From Candidatus Omnitrophota bacterium (lineage in GTDB: Bacteria; Omnitrophota; Gorgyraeia; Zapsychrales; Zapsychraceae), in NCBI GenBank assembly GCA_015233405.1, contig JADFXT010000011.1:490-64489 (forward strand): DNA of 64,000 nt, read 5' to 3'. Of the stretch, positions 15,627 through 25,546 are shown piece after piece (the first letter of the stretch is position 1; every line of letters starts with the position of its first letter). The translations under genes were made by a program, and so were the position numbers. The notes beneath the pieces are model-generated. The model ran no database searches, was not told the DNA's origin, and was given only the letters and a program-made list of their open reading frames with translations.

Positions 15627-16661
15627 TTATTTTCTTATTTTTAAAGCCAGGATTCCTAAGCACAACAACGTTATCATACCACTTGTTAACGAAAGCGGAA
15701 GCTGCTTTATGCTTAATCCATAAACAACCCAAAAAAGAAAACCAAGACCTAAAAGTGCATAAGAAATAATATTGCTTTCTTCCGGGTTCTTGGCTTTGAG
15801 TGCAAACATTTGAAAAACAAATCCGGTGAAAACTAAAAATCCTCCCAAGAAACCAAAAACATTCCGGTAAGGAACATCCTCTCTGTCCTCTTTCTTTAAC
15901 GGCTCTAGGGCGGGATGAGATTCAACTTTCTGAGGCTCATTACTCTCGACGACAAGAGAAATGTGTTTGGCTTCTAAAAGCTTAGGCGGATTGACGGTTT
16001 CTTGCCCGCTTACAGGAGGCATACTTGTACTAGGGCTTGCCGAAATCCCTGTCGAGCTTTCCTTCATCTTATAATATCCTTGGTGAAACCCTTTTTGAAC
16101 GGGCCTTCCCCAAAATATTAGAACTAGAAAAAACGTCAGACAAATCAATAAAAAAGAAATGACTTTCTTTCCCCCCATCCGCTCGCCGAGATCTGTCAGC
16201 GGGTAGAGGCCGCTATCAACGCCTTTGATAAAAGAACTGACAAGCGTGTAATCAAAAATAATCACGCCCAAATAAATAAAAACATGCGGCCAGATAAGGG
16301 CTTCTGAAAAATTGCTGATAAGCCCTCGTTCAACCCAGCTTTGAGATAAATTATAGATTAACCCAAACGTTATTATGCCAACCAACGGCCAGCCATAGAT
16401 AATAAAAAGCCTCACCCAGCTTTTCAGACTGGCGATCCCCATTCCCTCTACCACATGAAAAATGCCTCTCAAAAGCACGACGAGACAAATCAGCGCCACC
16501 ATTTCTTCATTGACGACATACAACGATGACTGGGCCGGATAACGTAAAAGCCATTCGAGAAGAAAATATCCGCAGAACAATCCTACGATTTGTCCGACGC
16601 CCAAAGCCATCCGGAAAATACCATACAACTCAAGACACAATTTTTTCGTTTTAATATTCAT
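15627..16661 (-). CDS. polytopic membrane protein, unknown function
   Basis: 344 aa, multiple hydrophobic segments, no motif I recognise. Confidence 0.5.
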   Translation of the reverse strand: MNIKTKKLCLELYGIFRMALGVGQIVGLFCGYFLLEWLLRYPAQSSLYVVNEEMVALICLVVLLRGIFHVVEGMGIASLKSWVRLFIIYGWPLVGIITFGLIYNLSQSWVERGLISNFSEALIWPHVFIYLGVIIFDYTLVSSFIKGVDSGLYPLTDLGERMGGKKVISFLLICLTFFLVLIFWGRPVQKGFHQGYYKMKESSTGISASPSTSMPPVSGQETVNPPKLLEAKHISLVVESNEPQKVESHPALEPLKKEDREDVPYRNVFGFLGGFLVFTGFVFQMFALKAKNPEESNIISYALLGLGFLFWVVYGLSIKQLPLSLTSGMITLLCLGILALKIRK

Positions 16662-16686
16662 ATCGGTCTGCTAAACAGAAAGCGCG

Positions 16687-17172
16687 TTATTCTTTGACGA
16701 CTCGATAATAATCTTTAGGGAAGGAATTCGGGGCTTGGTCGACGGGCTTAACATATGAAATCACATCAAAAGAATTCTCGACGACAACCTCGCCGATCTT
16801 CTGGTCGTTCTCATAGACAGATAACCGTGCGCCAGGCAAAACACCTTGTACAGCCCCCAGAGTGGCAACTAGTCTCGAAGCTTTTTTGTCGACCCACAAA
16901 AACCCTTCTCTTCGACTCTTCTCAGAGTCTGGGTAAGCATTGAGTGTTTTATTTTCCAGAGATTTTGAAATAGGTGTTTCTTGTTGCGGGACAGGGGCTT
17001 GCGTGTTTGCTAAAACCCCAGCTTGAGCGGAAGGGGCTTGGGCTTCTTGCTTAGCCCGCCGATCCATTTCAGGCTTGACTTCCAAATAATAAAACGCCAT
17101 CAAGGCGGTCAAAAGCGCCACGACGATAAGAGCAAGTCCTACAAAAATTTTTTTAATGTTCTTTTTGGGCAT
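16687..17172 (-). CDS. membrane-anchored hypothetical protein
   Basis: 161 aa with one N-terminal TM segment (IFVGLALIVVALLTALMAFYY), a Q/A/P-rich linker and a small C-terminal domain. Confidence 0.5.
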   Translation of the reverse strand: MPKKNIKKIFVGLALIVVALLTALMAFYYLEVKPEMDRRAKQEAQAPSAQAGVLANTQAPVPQQETPISKSLENKTLNAYPDSEKSRREGFLWVDKKASRLVATLGAVQGVLPGARLSVYENDQKIGEVVVENSFDVISYVKPVDQAPNSFPKDYYRVVKE

Positions 17173-17256
17173 AAGAATTTTTTCTGATGACTACGTTGTC
17201 ATCATTTTTCTATCATAACCCCCTAAGCTTGTCAACAGGTTCGCCGGCTATATTGC

Positions 17257-18531
17257 TTACGCCTTTCCCAGCAGCGCAAACATTTTCTTTTTATACGCCT
17301 CAACGCCGGGCTGGTCGAATGGATTAACACCCAGCAAATACCCGGAAATCGCCACGGCCCGTTCATAGAAATAGTACAGCTTCCCTAAATGATATTCATC
17401 CGCTTTCATAAGACGAAGCGTCATATTCGGAACACCGCCTTCAAAATGGGCTGCAGCTGTGGCTTTATACGCCTGTTTATTAACGTAATCCAAATCCTTA
17501 TCGCTGACGATATTAAAACCATCCAAATCCTCGTCTTCTTTGGGGATCACAACAGAATGCTCAGAGCGTTCAATATCAAGGAACGTTTCAAAAAGGTTCC
17601 GCACGCCATCCTGCATCAATTGGCCCATGGAATGAAGGTCGGTCGACATGATCAACGACGCCGGAAAAATTCCTTGTCCGCCCTTAGCTTCGCTTTCGCC
17701 ATAAAGCTGCTTCCACCATTCCAGAACAAAAGACATATTGTCATAAAACGAGGACGAGACTTCAATCAGCTTACCTTTTTTATAAAGCAGATACCGCAGT
17801 CCCGCGTATTGATAAGCAATATTCTTCTCAAGATCTGCGTTAGAATATTCCTTCTGTCCGTCACGAGCGCCTTGAACGAGCGCGCGAATGTCCACCCCGG
17901 CAATCGCAAGCGGCACGAGCCCGACGGGTGTCAAAATCGAGAACCGACCACCCACGTCATCCGGGATCACAAACGAACGATAGCCATTTTTATCCGCGAT
18001 CTTGCGTAAAGCGCCTTTCTTGGCGTCGGTCACGCAAATGATTCTTTTCTTTAATTCCTCACCTGAATATTTTCCTTTAAGGAACTGCTTGGCGAGGCGA
18101 AACGCCAGCGCCGGCTCGGTCGTTGTCCCGGATTTCGAAATAACGACGACGGTGACCCGTTTGTCCTTAAGACAATTAAAAAGCTTATAGTGATAATCCA
18201 CGCTCATATTATGCCCGGCATAGTAAACCGGAAATCCGTCTTTGCCGCGCAAGAATTCCATGGTCGCACGAATGCCTAAATACGAGCCGCCAATGCCGAT
18301 AGAAACCAGACAATCAGAGTTTTGACGAACATCTTTTCCTAACTTCTCAAGCTCAGCGACAAAAGAGTCCTCAATCCTCGACGGTAAATCTGTCCATCCG
18401 GTAAATTCACTTCCTTTGCCTGTTTTCTTCTCCAAGGCTTCATGGGCTTTTTCAATGTCCTTAGCAATGAGCTTTAAATCCTCGCTGGAAACAAATCCTT
18501 TTAAATATTCTTTATCTAACGTCAGACTCAT
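17257..18531 (-). CDS. pgi: glucose-6-phosphate isomerase (short bacterial type)
   Basis: 424 aa; GIGGSYLG, SKSGTTTEP and GGRFS motifs. Confidence 0.9.
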   Translation of the reverse strand: MSLTLDKEYLKGFVSSEDLKLIAKDIEKAHEALEKKTGKGSEFTGWTDLPSRIEDSFVAELEKLGKDVRQNSDCLVSIGIGGSYLGIRATMEFLRGKDGFPVYYAGHNMSVDYHYKLFNCLKDKRVTVVVISKSGTTTEPALAFRLAKQFLKGKYSGEELKKRIICVTDAKKGALRKIADKNGYRSFVIPDDVGGRFSILTPVGLVPLAIAGVDIRALVQGARDGQKEYSNADLEKNIAYQYAGLRYLLYKKGKLIEVSSSFYDNMSFVLEWWKQLYGESEAKGGQGIFPASLIMSTDLHSMGQLMQDGVRNLFETFLDIERSEHSVVIPKEDEDLDGFNIVSDKDLDYVNKQAYKATAAAHFEGGVPNMTLRLMKADEYHLGKLYYFYERAVAISGYLLGVNPFDQPGVEAYKKKMFALLGKA

Positions 18532-18545
18532 AACCTTTCCTTTCT

Positions 18546-19637
18546 TTATAAGATCGCCTCATCAATCACCGCCCCGCCTAAAACAATATCACGATCATAA
18601 AAGACCACTGACTGGCCCGGCGTGACGGATTTCTGAGGCTCTTTAAATTCAATTTTGACTTTATCGCCTGTTAAATACATTAAAGACGCTTTTACTTCGC
18701 GAGCATTATAGCGAATACGTGCCTGGACCTCCAATATTTCTTTAGGAAATTCTTCGGCCAACCAATTCAACTGGCTTGCCAAAAGCCCTCGGGCATAAAG
18801 ATTGTCCTGCCGCCCGACATGAACCGTATTCGTTACCTTATCGATTTTAAAAACATAAACCGGGAAACCCAAGGCGATCCCTAACTTCTCTCGCTGGCCA
18901 ATGGTATAATGAGCGATTCCCTTATGTTTTCCGACGACCTTTCCCTGTTCATTAACAAAATCGCCCGGGACAAACGTATCTTTTCCGACGATCTCCTCAA
19001 CAAAGGCTTGATATCCGCCGTCTGAAACGAAACAGATGTCCTGACTTTCCTTTTTCTCCGCCGTATTCAGCTGATAGTGACGGGCAAGCTCGCGGACTTC
19101 GTCTTTACGCTTATCGCCTAAAGGAAATAATATTTTCGGCAAGAATTCTTTTTTAATACCATAAAGAAAATACGATTGGTCTTTTAAAGAATCGTCGGCT
19201 TTTTGAAGCTCGTAAGCTCCGTCGGTATAAATGACCTTAGCATAATGGCCCGTGGCCAAATAATCCGCACCGGACTCAGCCGCAACTTTTAAAAGGCTTC
19301 CGAACTTTAACAGCTGATTACACCGCACACACGGATTAGGGGTCCGGCCGGCTAGATATTCCTTCACGAAATCGTCGACGACAAAATTTTTCAAATCAGC
19401 CTCAAAATCCAGCACATGATGAGAAATTCCAAGAATTTTAGCCGCCTGCCGCGCGTCCTGAATCCCGTCCGCCCCACAGCACGAAGGCTTCTTACTGCCG
19501 GGGTAATGGACATTAAAACACATGGTAATGCCTTCCACATCATACCCTTGGGTTTTAAGCAGTGCGGCAGCGACGGAGGAATCCACTCCGCCACTCATAG
19601 CGACGAAAACTTTTTTATTTTTTATATTGTTCATCAT
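18546..19637 (-). CDS. mnmA: tRNA 2-thiouridine(34) synthase
   Basis: PP-loop VAMSGGVDSSVAA; C-terminal MnmA pattern. Confidence 0.9.
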   Translation of the reverse strand: MMNNIKNKKVFVAMSGGVDSSVAAALLKTQGYDVEGITMCFNVHYPGSKKPSCCGADGIQDARQAAKILGISHHVLDFEADLKNFVVDDFVKEYLAGRTPNPCVRCNQLLKFGSLLKVAAESGADYLATGHYAKVIYTDGAYELQKADDSLKDQSYFLYGIKKEFLPKILFPLGDKRKDEVRELARHYQLNTAEKKESQDICFVSDGGYQAFVEEIVGKDTFVPGDFVNEQGKVVGKHKGIAHYTIGQREKLGIALGFPVYVFKIDKVTNTVHVGRQDNLYARGLLASQLNWLAEEFPKEILEVQARIRYNAREVKASLMYLTGDKVKIEFKEPQKSVTPGQSVVFYDRDIVLGGAVIDEAIL

Positions 19638-21664
19638 TATTCCGAAATATGTTTAATCGATAAATAAGTCGCATCCAGAAGTTCCTTCAACTCCTTGATG
19701 CTCATCGACAAAGGCGGCATGAGAACGATGACATTGCCTAACGGTCTTAAAATCACACCGTGCTCCCGTGCCTTTTGGCAGACTTTAACACCTATCCGCT
19801 CTTCCCACGGGAATGGTTCTTTCGCCTCTCGATTCTTCACCAGCTCTATTCCTATCATAAATCCTCGCTGGCGCACATCTCCGACGTATTTTAGGTTATA
19901 AAATGACTTCAACTTCTTCTCTAAAAATTTAATTTTCGGCTGAAGCTTTTGAAGCGTTTTTTCTTCTTTAAAAACCTTCAGACTCGCCAACGCAGCAGCA
20001 GAACAAATCGGATTACCCGTATACGTATGCCCATGGAAAAACGTCTTCTGGTCTTTATAATCAAATAAAAAACCCTGATAAATTTTATCCGTCGTCAACG
20101 TTGCCGCTAGCGGCAGATATCCGCCGGTGATGCCTTTCGCCAAACACAAGATATCCGGATGAACATCCTCATGCTCACAGGCGAACATCTTTCCGGTACG
20201 CCCAAAACCTGTTGCGACCTCATCAACAATAAAAATAACGTTATATTTTTTACAAAGCTCTTCCATGCGCTTTAGAACTCCGTCGGGCCACATGATCATG
20301 CCTGCAGCGCCTTGAACAATGGGCTCCACAATTAAAGCGGCAATCTCGTCGTGTTTTTCACGCAATGTCGCTTCAAATTTATCTAAACATTCAAAGGCAT
20401 AATCCGGGTATGTCTTGCCAACGGGCGCACGGTAACAATCCGGAAAATCAAGCTGCATGGTTTTAAATACCAAATCGCGGTACACTCGATGAAATAGCCC
20501 AATTCCGCCGACACTCACACTACCCAAGGTGTCACCATGATACGAATTCGCGAGATGAACCAGCGTACGCTTTTGAGTCTTTCCGATATTCTGCCAATAT
20601 TGATAAGCGATCTTGATAGCAACCTCGACGGATGTCGAGCCGCTGTCCGAATAAAAAACCTTGGCCAGACCTTTTGGTACGATCTCAACCAACCTTTTAG
20701 CCAATTCGATTGACGGAGTATTGGCCAGCCCTAAAAGGGTCGAATGGTCCAACTTATTTAATTGTCGCTCAATCGCTTCATTGATCTTAGGATGCCGATG
20801 ACCATGAACATTGACCCACAAGCTGGACACGCCGTCCAAATAACGATTCCCATCAGAATCAGTTAAATAACTTCCCTTGGCCTCGTCGATCACCAGCGGC
20901 CTCTCGCCAAGCCAATCTTTCATCTGGGTAAACGGATGCCAAACATATTCCTTGTCCCAATCAACCAGTTGTTGAGTCCTAGACTCTTTCGACTCTTTCA
21001 AAATAGCATTGATATTAATAGTCCGTCGGCATTTCTGATAAACATGCCTTCTGTCAAAATTTTTCAAAAAAGGAACGATACCCAAAACAGGAACATCGCC
21101 AAGCTTTTTGATAATCTCCGGATTCATTTTCTCCGGTAAACCTTTAACAGACTTTTTGCTTTCACTGAAAACAACGCCTTTGACCTTAAGCCCATAGTGC
21201 CGGATCTGTTTGATCGTCAACAGCGTGTGATTGATCGTGCCCAATCCTAGACGGGCAACAACAATAATCTCTAAATCCAGATCTCTGGCCAAGTCGGCCA
21301 TAAGATACTTGTCTTTAATGGGCACCAGAAACCCGCCAGCGCCTTCGACGAGTAAAAGGTCATGCTTTTGAGAAAGCGCCCGGAATTCCTTTTGAATTTT
21401 CTCAATATTAAATTTTATCTTAGCTCGAGCCAGCGCCAAATGCGGAGATAATGGCTCTTTGGCAAAATAAGGATTAATAGATCTGACATCATCGTCGAGA
21501 TGAAGCGACTTTTTTAAGAACTGCGCATCCTCGCCAGCGCACTGGACCGGCTTCATGACGCCAACATTGATACCCTTTTGCTGGGCCAAGAGCCCCAAAA
21601 CATACGTCGTCATTGTCTTCCCGACGCCGGTATCTGTTCCTGTTATAAAAAAAGCTTTGGTCAT
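19637..21664 (-). CDS. bioA: fusion: dethiobiotin synthetase (BioD) + adenosylmethionine-8-amino-7-oxononanoate aminotransferase (BioA)
   Basis: The N-terminus has the BioD P-loop FITGTDTGVGKT. The C-terminal ~450 aa is a class-III aminotransferase (WHPFTQ...). The ATG at 21664 overlaps the bioC stop as ATGA. Confidence 0.85.
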   Translation of the reverse strand: MTKAFFITGTDTGVGKTMTTYVLGLLAQQKGINVGVMKPVQCAGEDAQFLKKSLHLDDDVRSINPYFAKEPLSPHLALARAKIKFNIEKIQKEFRALSQKHDLLLVEGAGGFLVPIKDKYLMADLARDLDLEIIVVARLGLGTINHTLLTIKQIRHYGLKVKGVVFSESKKSVKGLPEKMNPEIIKKLGDVPVLGIVPFLKNFDRRHVYQKCRRTININAILKESKESRTQQLVDWDKEYVWHPFTQMKDWLGERPLVIDEAKGSYLTDSDGNRYLDGVSSLWVNVHGHRHPKINEAIERQLNKLDHSTLLGLANTPSIELAKRLVEIVPKGLAKVFYSDSGSTSVEVAIKIAYQYWQNIGKTQKRTLVHLANSYHGDTLGSVSVGGIGLFHRVYRDLVFKTMQLDFPDCYRAPVGKTYPDYAFECLDKFEATLREKHDEIAALIVEPIVQGAAGMIMWPDGVLKRMEELCKKYNVIFIVDEVATGFGRTGKMFACEHEDVHPDILCLAKGITGGYLPLAATLTTDKIYQGFLFDYKDQKTFFHGHTYTGNPICSAAALASLKVFKEEKTLQKLQPKIKFLEKKLKSFYNLKYVGDVRQRGFMIGIELVKNREAKEPFPWEERIGVKVCQKAREHGVILRPLGNVIVLMPPLSMSIKELKELLDATYLSIKHISE

Positions 21665-22449
21665 TTTTCCGCCTCGGTCCAAATCACTTCCAAGGTCGCA
21701 TAAATCCCATCGACAGACTTAAAACGGCTATCATAATAGTCGCCCACCCGCTTAAGAAGGTCTTTCCCGACGTAAAAATTGCGATCTAAGGCATTAGCCC
21801 CAATATCTTTGATCCACTTAAGCAATGCCATCATATTAGGGAAATATAATTTTTTTTCTTCAGCCCTCATCTTCACATCCTTAAACCCGGCTGTTAAAAG
21901 TGCTTGATAAACGTCTTTATCCGTCGCAAGACGGGTAAAGGAACAGCCTTTCCTTCCGTCGAACATCTCTTCAAAGGAAAAGAACAGCTCTTTAAATGTT
22001 TGATGACCAAACATAGTGACGACCATCTTCCCGCCAGGCTTTAGAACTCGCTCGTTCTCTTTAAACGCCTGCGCCAAATTACCGACCCATTGGTATGCTA
22101 AATTAGATGTAATCAAATCAAAACAGGATTGCTTAAATGGCAATTCCTGCGCCTGGGCTTGGACCATCGCAAAACCCTTTTTATGCCGTCGGGCCGACTG
22201 GATCATTCCGTCAGCAAAATCAAGGCCGATAACCTGTGCCTGGGGAAATGTTCGGCCCAATTGTTCCGTTAACCAGCCCGTCCCCATGCCAATATCCAAC
22301 ACCGAACTCGGAGCGGAAAAGCTTTTCAGCGTCGATAAAATTCCAGACCCGATTTCCTGATGGAATTTGGTCAAACCCTCATATCTCGCTGATGAGGCTG
22401 AAAAAGCTTGACGGATTTTCTTGTCTAAAGAAGTGTTATTTGAAATCAC
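21661..22449 (-). CDS. bioC: malonyl-ACP O-methyltransferase
   Basis: SAM motif VLDIGMGTGWLT and bio-operon context. GTG start overlapping the upstream stop. Confidence 0.75.
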   Translation of the reverse strand: MISNNTSLDKKIRQAFSASSARYEGLTKFHQEIGSGILSTLKSFSAPSSVLDIGMGTGWLTEQLGRTFPQAQVIGLDFADGMIQSARRHKKGFAMVQAQAQELPFKQSCFDLITSNLAYQWVGNLAQAFKENERVLKPGGKMVVTMFGHQTFKELFFSFEEMFDGRKGCSFTRLATDKDVYQALLTAGFKDVKMRAEEKKLYFPNMMALLKWIKDIGANALDRNFYVGKDLLKRVGDYYDSRFKSVDGIYATLEVIWTEAEK

Positions 22450-23261
22450 GAGTTCTTGGCGTCCTGTAGAAATTTTTCTAACATATCATTAAATTCATAG
22501 GGCTTGCTTAAGAAAGGAAAATGTCCGCATCCCTCGAAGAATTCAAATCGCGCCTGCGGGCAAATGCTTTTAAGAAAGTCCACGGTCTTGCTGTCACAGA
22601 TGGCATCTTCGCGGCCGTTAATAAACTGCGTCGGGACCGAAACACGTTTTAAGACATCCCGCAGATCTTCATGTTCTAAAACTTCCAGATATTCCCGTAA
22701 CGCCTGTTTGACAGGAAAGCCTTCGGTGCGACGGAAACGCTGAAGCCAACGAAACCGACGGGTCTGGCGTTCCGCTTTTGTAAACAGCGACCTAAAAAAA
22801 ACGTTGACGATGTCCGGATAGTCCGCCTGGACCTGCCCGTCGAGCTTTCTAATCTTTTCCACATCAAGGCCATATGGATAATCCGCGGCCTTGGAGAACC
22901 GTGGCATGGACCCGACAAACACAAGCCGCTTGATCTTTTGCGGAGCCAGTTCATAAATTTTTAAGCCCAATAATCCGCCTAAAGAACTTCCCACCAAACT
23001 GATATTGCTGATTTGTAAATATTCCAACAGGCCATTTAAATCTTCCGCCATAACTTTTAGCGGGACTTTTTTCCAAGAGCTTTCGCCATGGCCTGGAAGG
23101 TCGACGGACAAGACCTGATAAGTGTCCGAAAAATGTTTGGTTTGCTGACGCCAAATCCGCTGATCCACCCCCCAGCCATGCAAAAACAACAGCGTATGGC
23201 CTTCGCCTTCGAGACAATAATTCCACTCGATCCCACTTTTTATTTTTATCCGATCAGACAT
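22446..23261 (-). CDS. bioH: alpha/beta hydrolase, BioH-like pimeloyl-ACP methyl ester esterase
   Basis: LLFLHGWG, nucleophile elbow GSSLGG and a C-terminal GHFPF motif, located between bioF and bioC. Confidence 0.65.
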   Translation of the reverse strand: MSDRIKIKSGIEWNYCLEGEGHTLLFLHGWGVDQRIWRQQTKHFSDTYQVLSVDLPGHGESSWKKVPLKVMAEDLNGLLEYLQISNISLVGSSLGGLLGLKIYELAPQKIKRLVFVGSMPRFSKAADYPYGLDVEKIRKLDGQVQADYPDIVNVFFRSLFTKAERQTRRFRWLQRFRRTEGFPVKQALREYLEVLEHEDLRDVLKRVSVPTQFINGREDAICDSKTVDFLKSICPQARFEFFEGCGHFPFLSKPYEFNDMLEKFLQDAKNS

Positions 23262-24433
23262 AATTCTTTTCCGATCCTTTCTAAGACGGACAATAACTGC
23301 ATCATATCCTCTTTCGCGTGTCCAGCGGTCACGGTCAAACGCAGCCTCGAGGTATTTTGCGGAACGGTTGGCGGACGGATCGCAGAAATAAGAATGCCCG
23401 CCTCAAATAATTTCTTCGAGAAATGGATCGCCTCCACAGCATCCCCGACGAAAATCGGCGTGATCGGCGTTTCGGTATTCATAATATTAAAACCCAGCCG
23501 CTTTAATTCCTGATGAAGCATTTTGGTATTGTCCCAGAGCTTTTGTCGTAACGCCAAATCCTGACGAATAATATCTATGCCCATTTTAGAAGCAGCAGCA
23601 ACCGACGGAGGCAAGGCTGTCGTATAAATAAAGCTCCGCGCCTTGTTCACCAGAAATGTCTTTAACTTTGACGAACCACAGACATACGCCCCAAAGGACC
23701 CGACCGCCTTGGATAATGTGCCCATTTGGATATCAATTTCCTTCTCTACCCCAAAATGTTCGACAAGGCCTTTGCCATTCTTTCCCATGATGCCAAACGC
23801 ATGCGCCTCGTCAATCATGACAAGGCAGTCATACTTCTTAGCTAATTCCACGATCTTATCGAGCGGCGCAAGGTCGCCGTCCATGCTAAAGACACTATCG
23901 GTAATGATCACGCGCTTCTTGCCGGTCTCTGTCTTTAACAATTCTTCCAGAGCTCCCATATCGTTATGAGGATAGCGCTTAAACTTCGCCTGGCTTAATA
24001 AAATCCCGTCGACAATTGAAGCATGGTTCAGTTTATCCGCAAAGATCATATCCTGCCGGTCAAACAAGGCGGAAATAATTCCGACGTTCGCCATATAACC
24101 CGTATTAAACACAAGCGCACTTTCCGTCCCCTTAAACTCAGCTAGCGACTTCTCTAATTCCACATGCGCGGACAAATTTCCACACACAAGACGGGAAGCG
24201 CCGCTGCCTAGCCCTTCTTTCGTGATACATTCCTTCGCGGCATCTTTTAAACGCTTATCATTGGCCAAACCCAAATAATCATTGGAACAAAAATTCAGAT
24301 ATTCTTTCCCGTCGATCATGACCTTAGGGCCTTGAGGGCTTTGAAGGGTGCGTAAATGGCGTTTAATTCCGCGGTCCTCAACTTTTTTTAATTCATCAGT
24401 CAAAAATAAATCGAAAGATTTATTCATTTTCAT
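23246..24433 (-). CDS. bioF: 8-amino-7-oxononanoate synthase
   Basis: 395 aa, alpha-oxoamine synthase pattern (NFCSNDYLGL, DEAHAFG, GTLSKA). Confidence 0.9.
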   Translation of the reverse strand: MKMNKSFDLFLTDELKKVEDRGIKRHLRTLQSPQGPKVMIDGKEYLNFCSNDYLGLANDKRLKDAAKECITKEGLGSGASRLVCGNLSAHVELEKSLAEFKGTESALVFNTGYMANVGIISALFDRQDMIFADKLNHASIVDGILLSQAKFKRYPHNDMGALEELLKTETGKKRVIITDSVFSMDGDLAPLDKIVELAKKYDCLVMIDEAHAFGIMGKNGKGLVEHFGVEKEIDIQMGTLSKAVGSFGAYVCGSSKLKTFLVNKARSFIYTTALPPSVAAASKMGIDIIRQDLALRQKLWDNTKMLHQELKRLGFNIMNTETPITPIFVGDAVEAIHFSKKLFEAGILISAIRPPTVPQNTSRLRLTVTAGHAKEDMMQLLSVLERIGKELCLIG

Positions 24434-24453
24434 TCACCCTTTATCAAAAGCTT

Positions 24454-24551
24454 GTCATTCCCGCGGAACCTGCCTGCCGGTAGGCAGGGCGGGAATCCAG
24501 GATGCGAATTCACGAAACTCTGGATCCCCGCTTAAGAATTGCGGGGATGAC
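24454..24551. repeat. MITE/REP-like palindromic element, copy 1 (98 bp)
   Basis: GTCATTCCCGCG...GCGGGAATCC...ATCCCCGCTTAAGAATTGCGGGGATGAC, with near-perfect terminal inverted repeats. A second copy lies at 61798-61873. Confidence 0.7.
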
Positions 24552-24555
24552 AATA

Positions 24556-25509
24556 TTATTGTTCAATGACATCACCGGACATGCGCTTGACGACAACGCC
24601 AGATTTTGTCTGGATCATTAAGCCACCATATTCATCTAAATCAACAGCTTTTCCCTCGAGCTCATTCTGCTGGTCCTTTAAACGGACCAGCCGTCCCAGG
24701 GTCGAGGAAAGTGTTTTCCATCGTTCAATCACCGGCGGGAAACCTTGCATTTTTAAAATATCATACCAAACATCCAGCCGCCTTAAAACTTCCTGCGCCA
24801 ACCCAATGCGCGAATGCATTTTTCCGGTTTCCTGCTTGAGCGACGTCGCATTTTCCGGTAACTGCCGTAACGGCGTATTGACATTAATACCGATGCCAAT
24901 AACACAAAACCGCACGCGGTCCGACTCAGCGTTAAGCTCCGTCAAAATCCCCACGGCCTTCTTTCCCTTAATTAATACATCATTCGGCCATTTGATTTTT
25001 GCATCGACCGCCGCTACCTGGCGTATGGCTTCGCAAACCGCTACTCCGGCTAAAAGCGTGAGCCTAGCAATATCGGACGGCGATAAGGCTGGACGTAAAA
25101 TGACGGAAAAATAAATGCCTTGCCCCTTAGGCGAGGTCCACACGCGTCCCATACGCCCCCGGCCTTTGGTCTGCGTTTCAGCAGCAATGACCGTTCCCTC
25201 TTTCTCCCCTTTGACCGCCAGCTCAAAGGCCTTATCCATCGTCGAGGAAACAGTTTCTTCGTAAAAAACCTTTCGGCCGACGACTTTCGTATTTAACCGG
25301 TGCTCCAGCTCATGCGAAAAAAGCTTGTCTGGAGAGCTCACGATGCGATAGCCCAAACGCGGCGCAGCCTCGATCTTATACCCCAATCCGCGCAGCTCAT
25401 TGATAGATTTCCAGACCGCAGCCCGGCTGATGTGAAGTTTCTGGCTCATTTCTTCGCCAGAAACATAGCCGTCGCAACTCTTTAACAAATTGATCACTTC
25501 ATTGGTCAT
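24556..25509 (-). CDS. birA: bifunctional biotin--[acetyl-CoA-carboxylase] ligase / biotin operon repressor
   Basis: N-terminal winged-HTH region (LHISRAAVWKSINELRGLGY) followed by the ligase core (GRGRMGR.W). I set the start at the ATG at 25509. Confidence 0.9.
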   Translation of the reverse strand: MTNEVINLLKSCDGYVSGEEMSQKLHISRAAVWKSINELRGLGYKIEAAPRLGYRIVSSPDKLFSHELEHRLNTKVVGRKVFYEETVSSTMDKAFELAVKGEKEGTVIAAETQTKGRGRMGRVWTSPKGQGIYFSVILRPALSPSDIARLTLLAGVAVCEAIRQVAAVDAKIKWPNDVLIKGKKAVGILTELNAESDRVRFCVIGIGINVNTPLRQLPENATSLKQETGKMHSRIGLAQEVLRRLDVWYDILKMQGFPPVIERWKTLSSTLGRLVRLKDQQNELEGKAVDLDEYGGLMIQTKSGVVVKRMSGDVIEQ

Positions 25510-25517
25510 AAGCAATG

Positions 25518-25546
25518 ATATTACTTAACCAAAAGCCTATTGTCAA
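25518..25546 (-). promoter_or_regulatory. candidate sigma70 promoter of birA-bio operon (predicts a leaderless or near-leaderless mRNA)
   Basis: The minus strand reads TTGACA-17 nt-TAATAT. The -10 box ends 8 nt before the birA ATG, and no SD is present. Confidence 0.5.

Noticed and set aside
17186-17209. Intrinsic terminator GATGAC-tacgtt-GTCATC followed by ATTTTT downstream of pgi
   Set aside because: The T-run follows the stem only on the plus strand, where no gene is present. On the minus-strand pgi transcript the stem is followed by an A-run. At best it is a weak, non-canonical terminator, so I have not listed it as a feature.
24348-24569. ORFs 24348-24569 and 61733-61933 sharing the peptide SPLKNCGDD
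   Set aside because: The shared peptide comes from translating the MITE/REP-like DNA repeat. The rest of each ORF is unrelated intergenic or antisense sequence.
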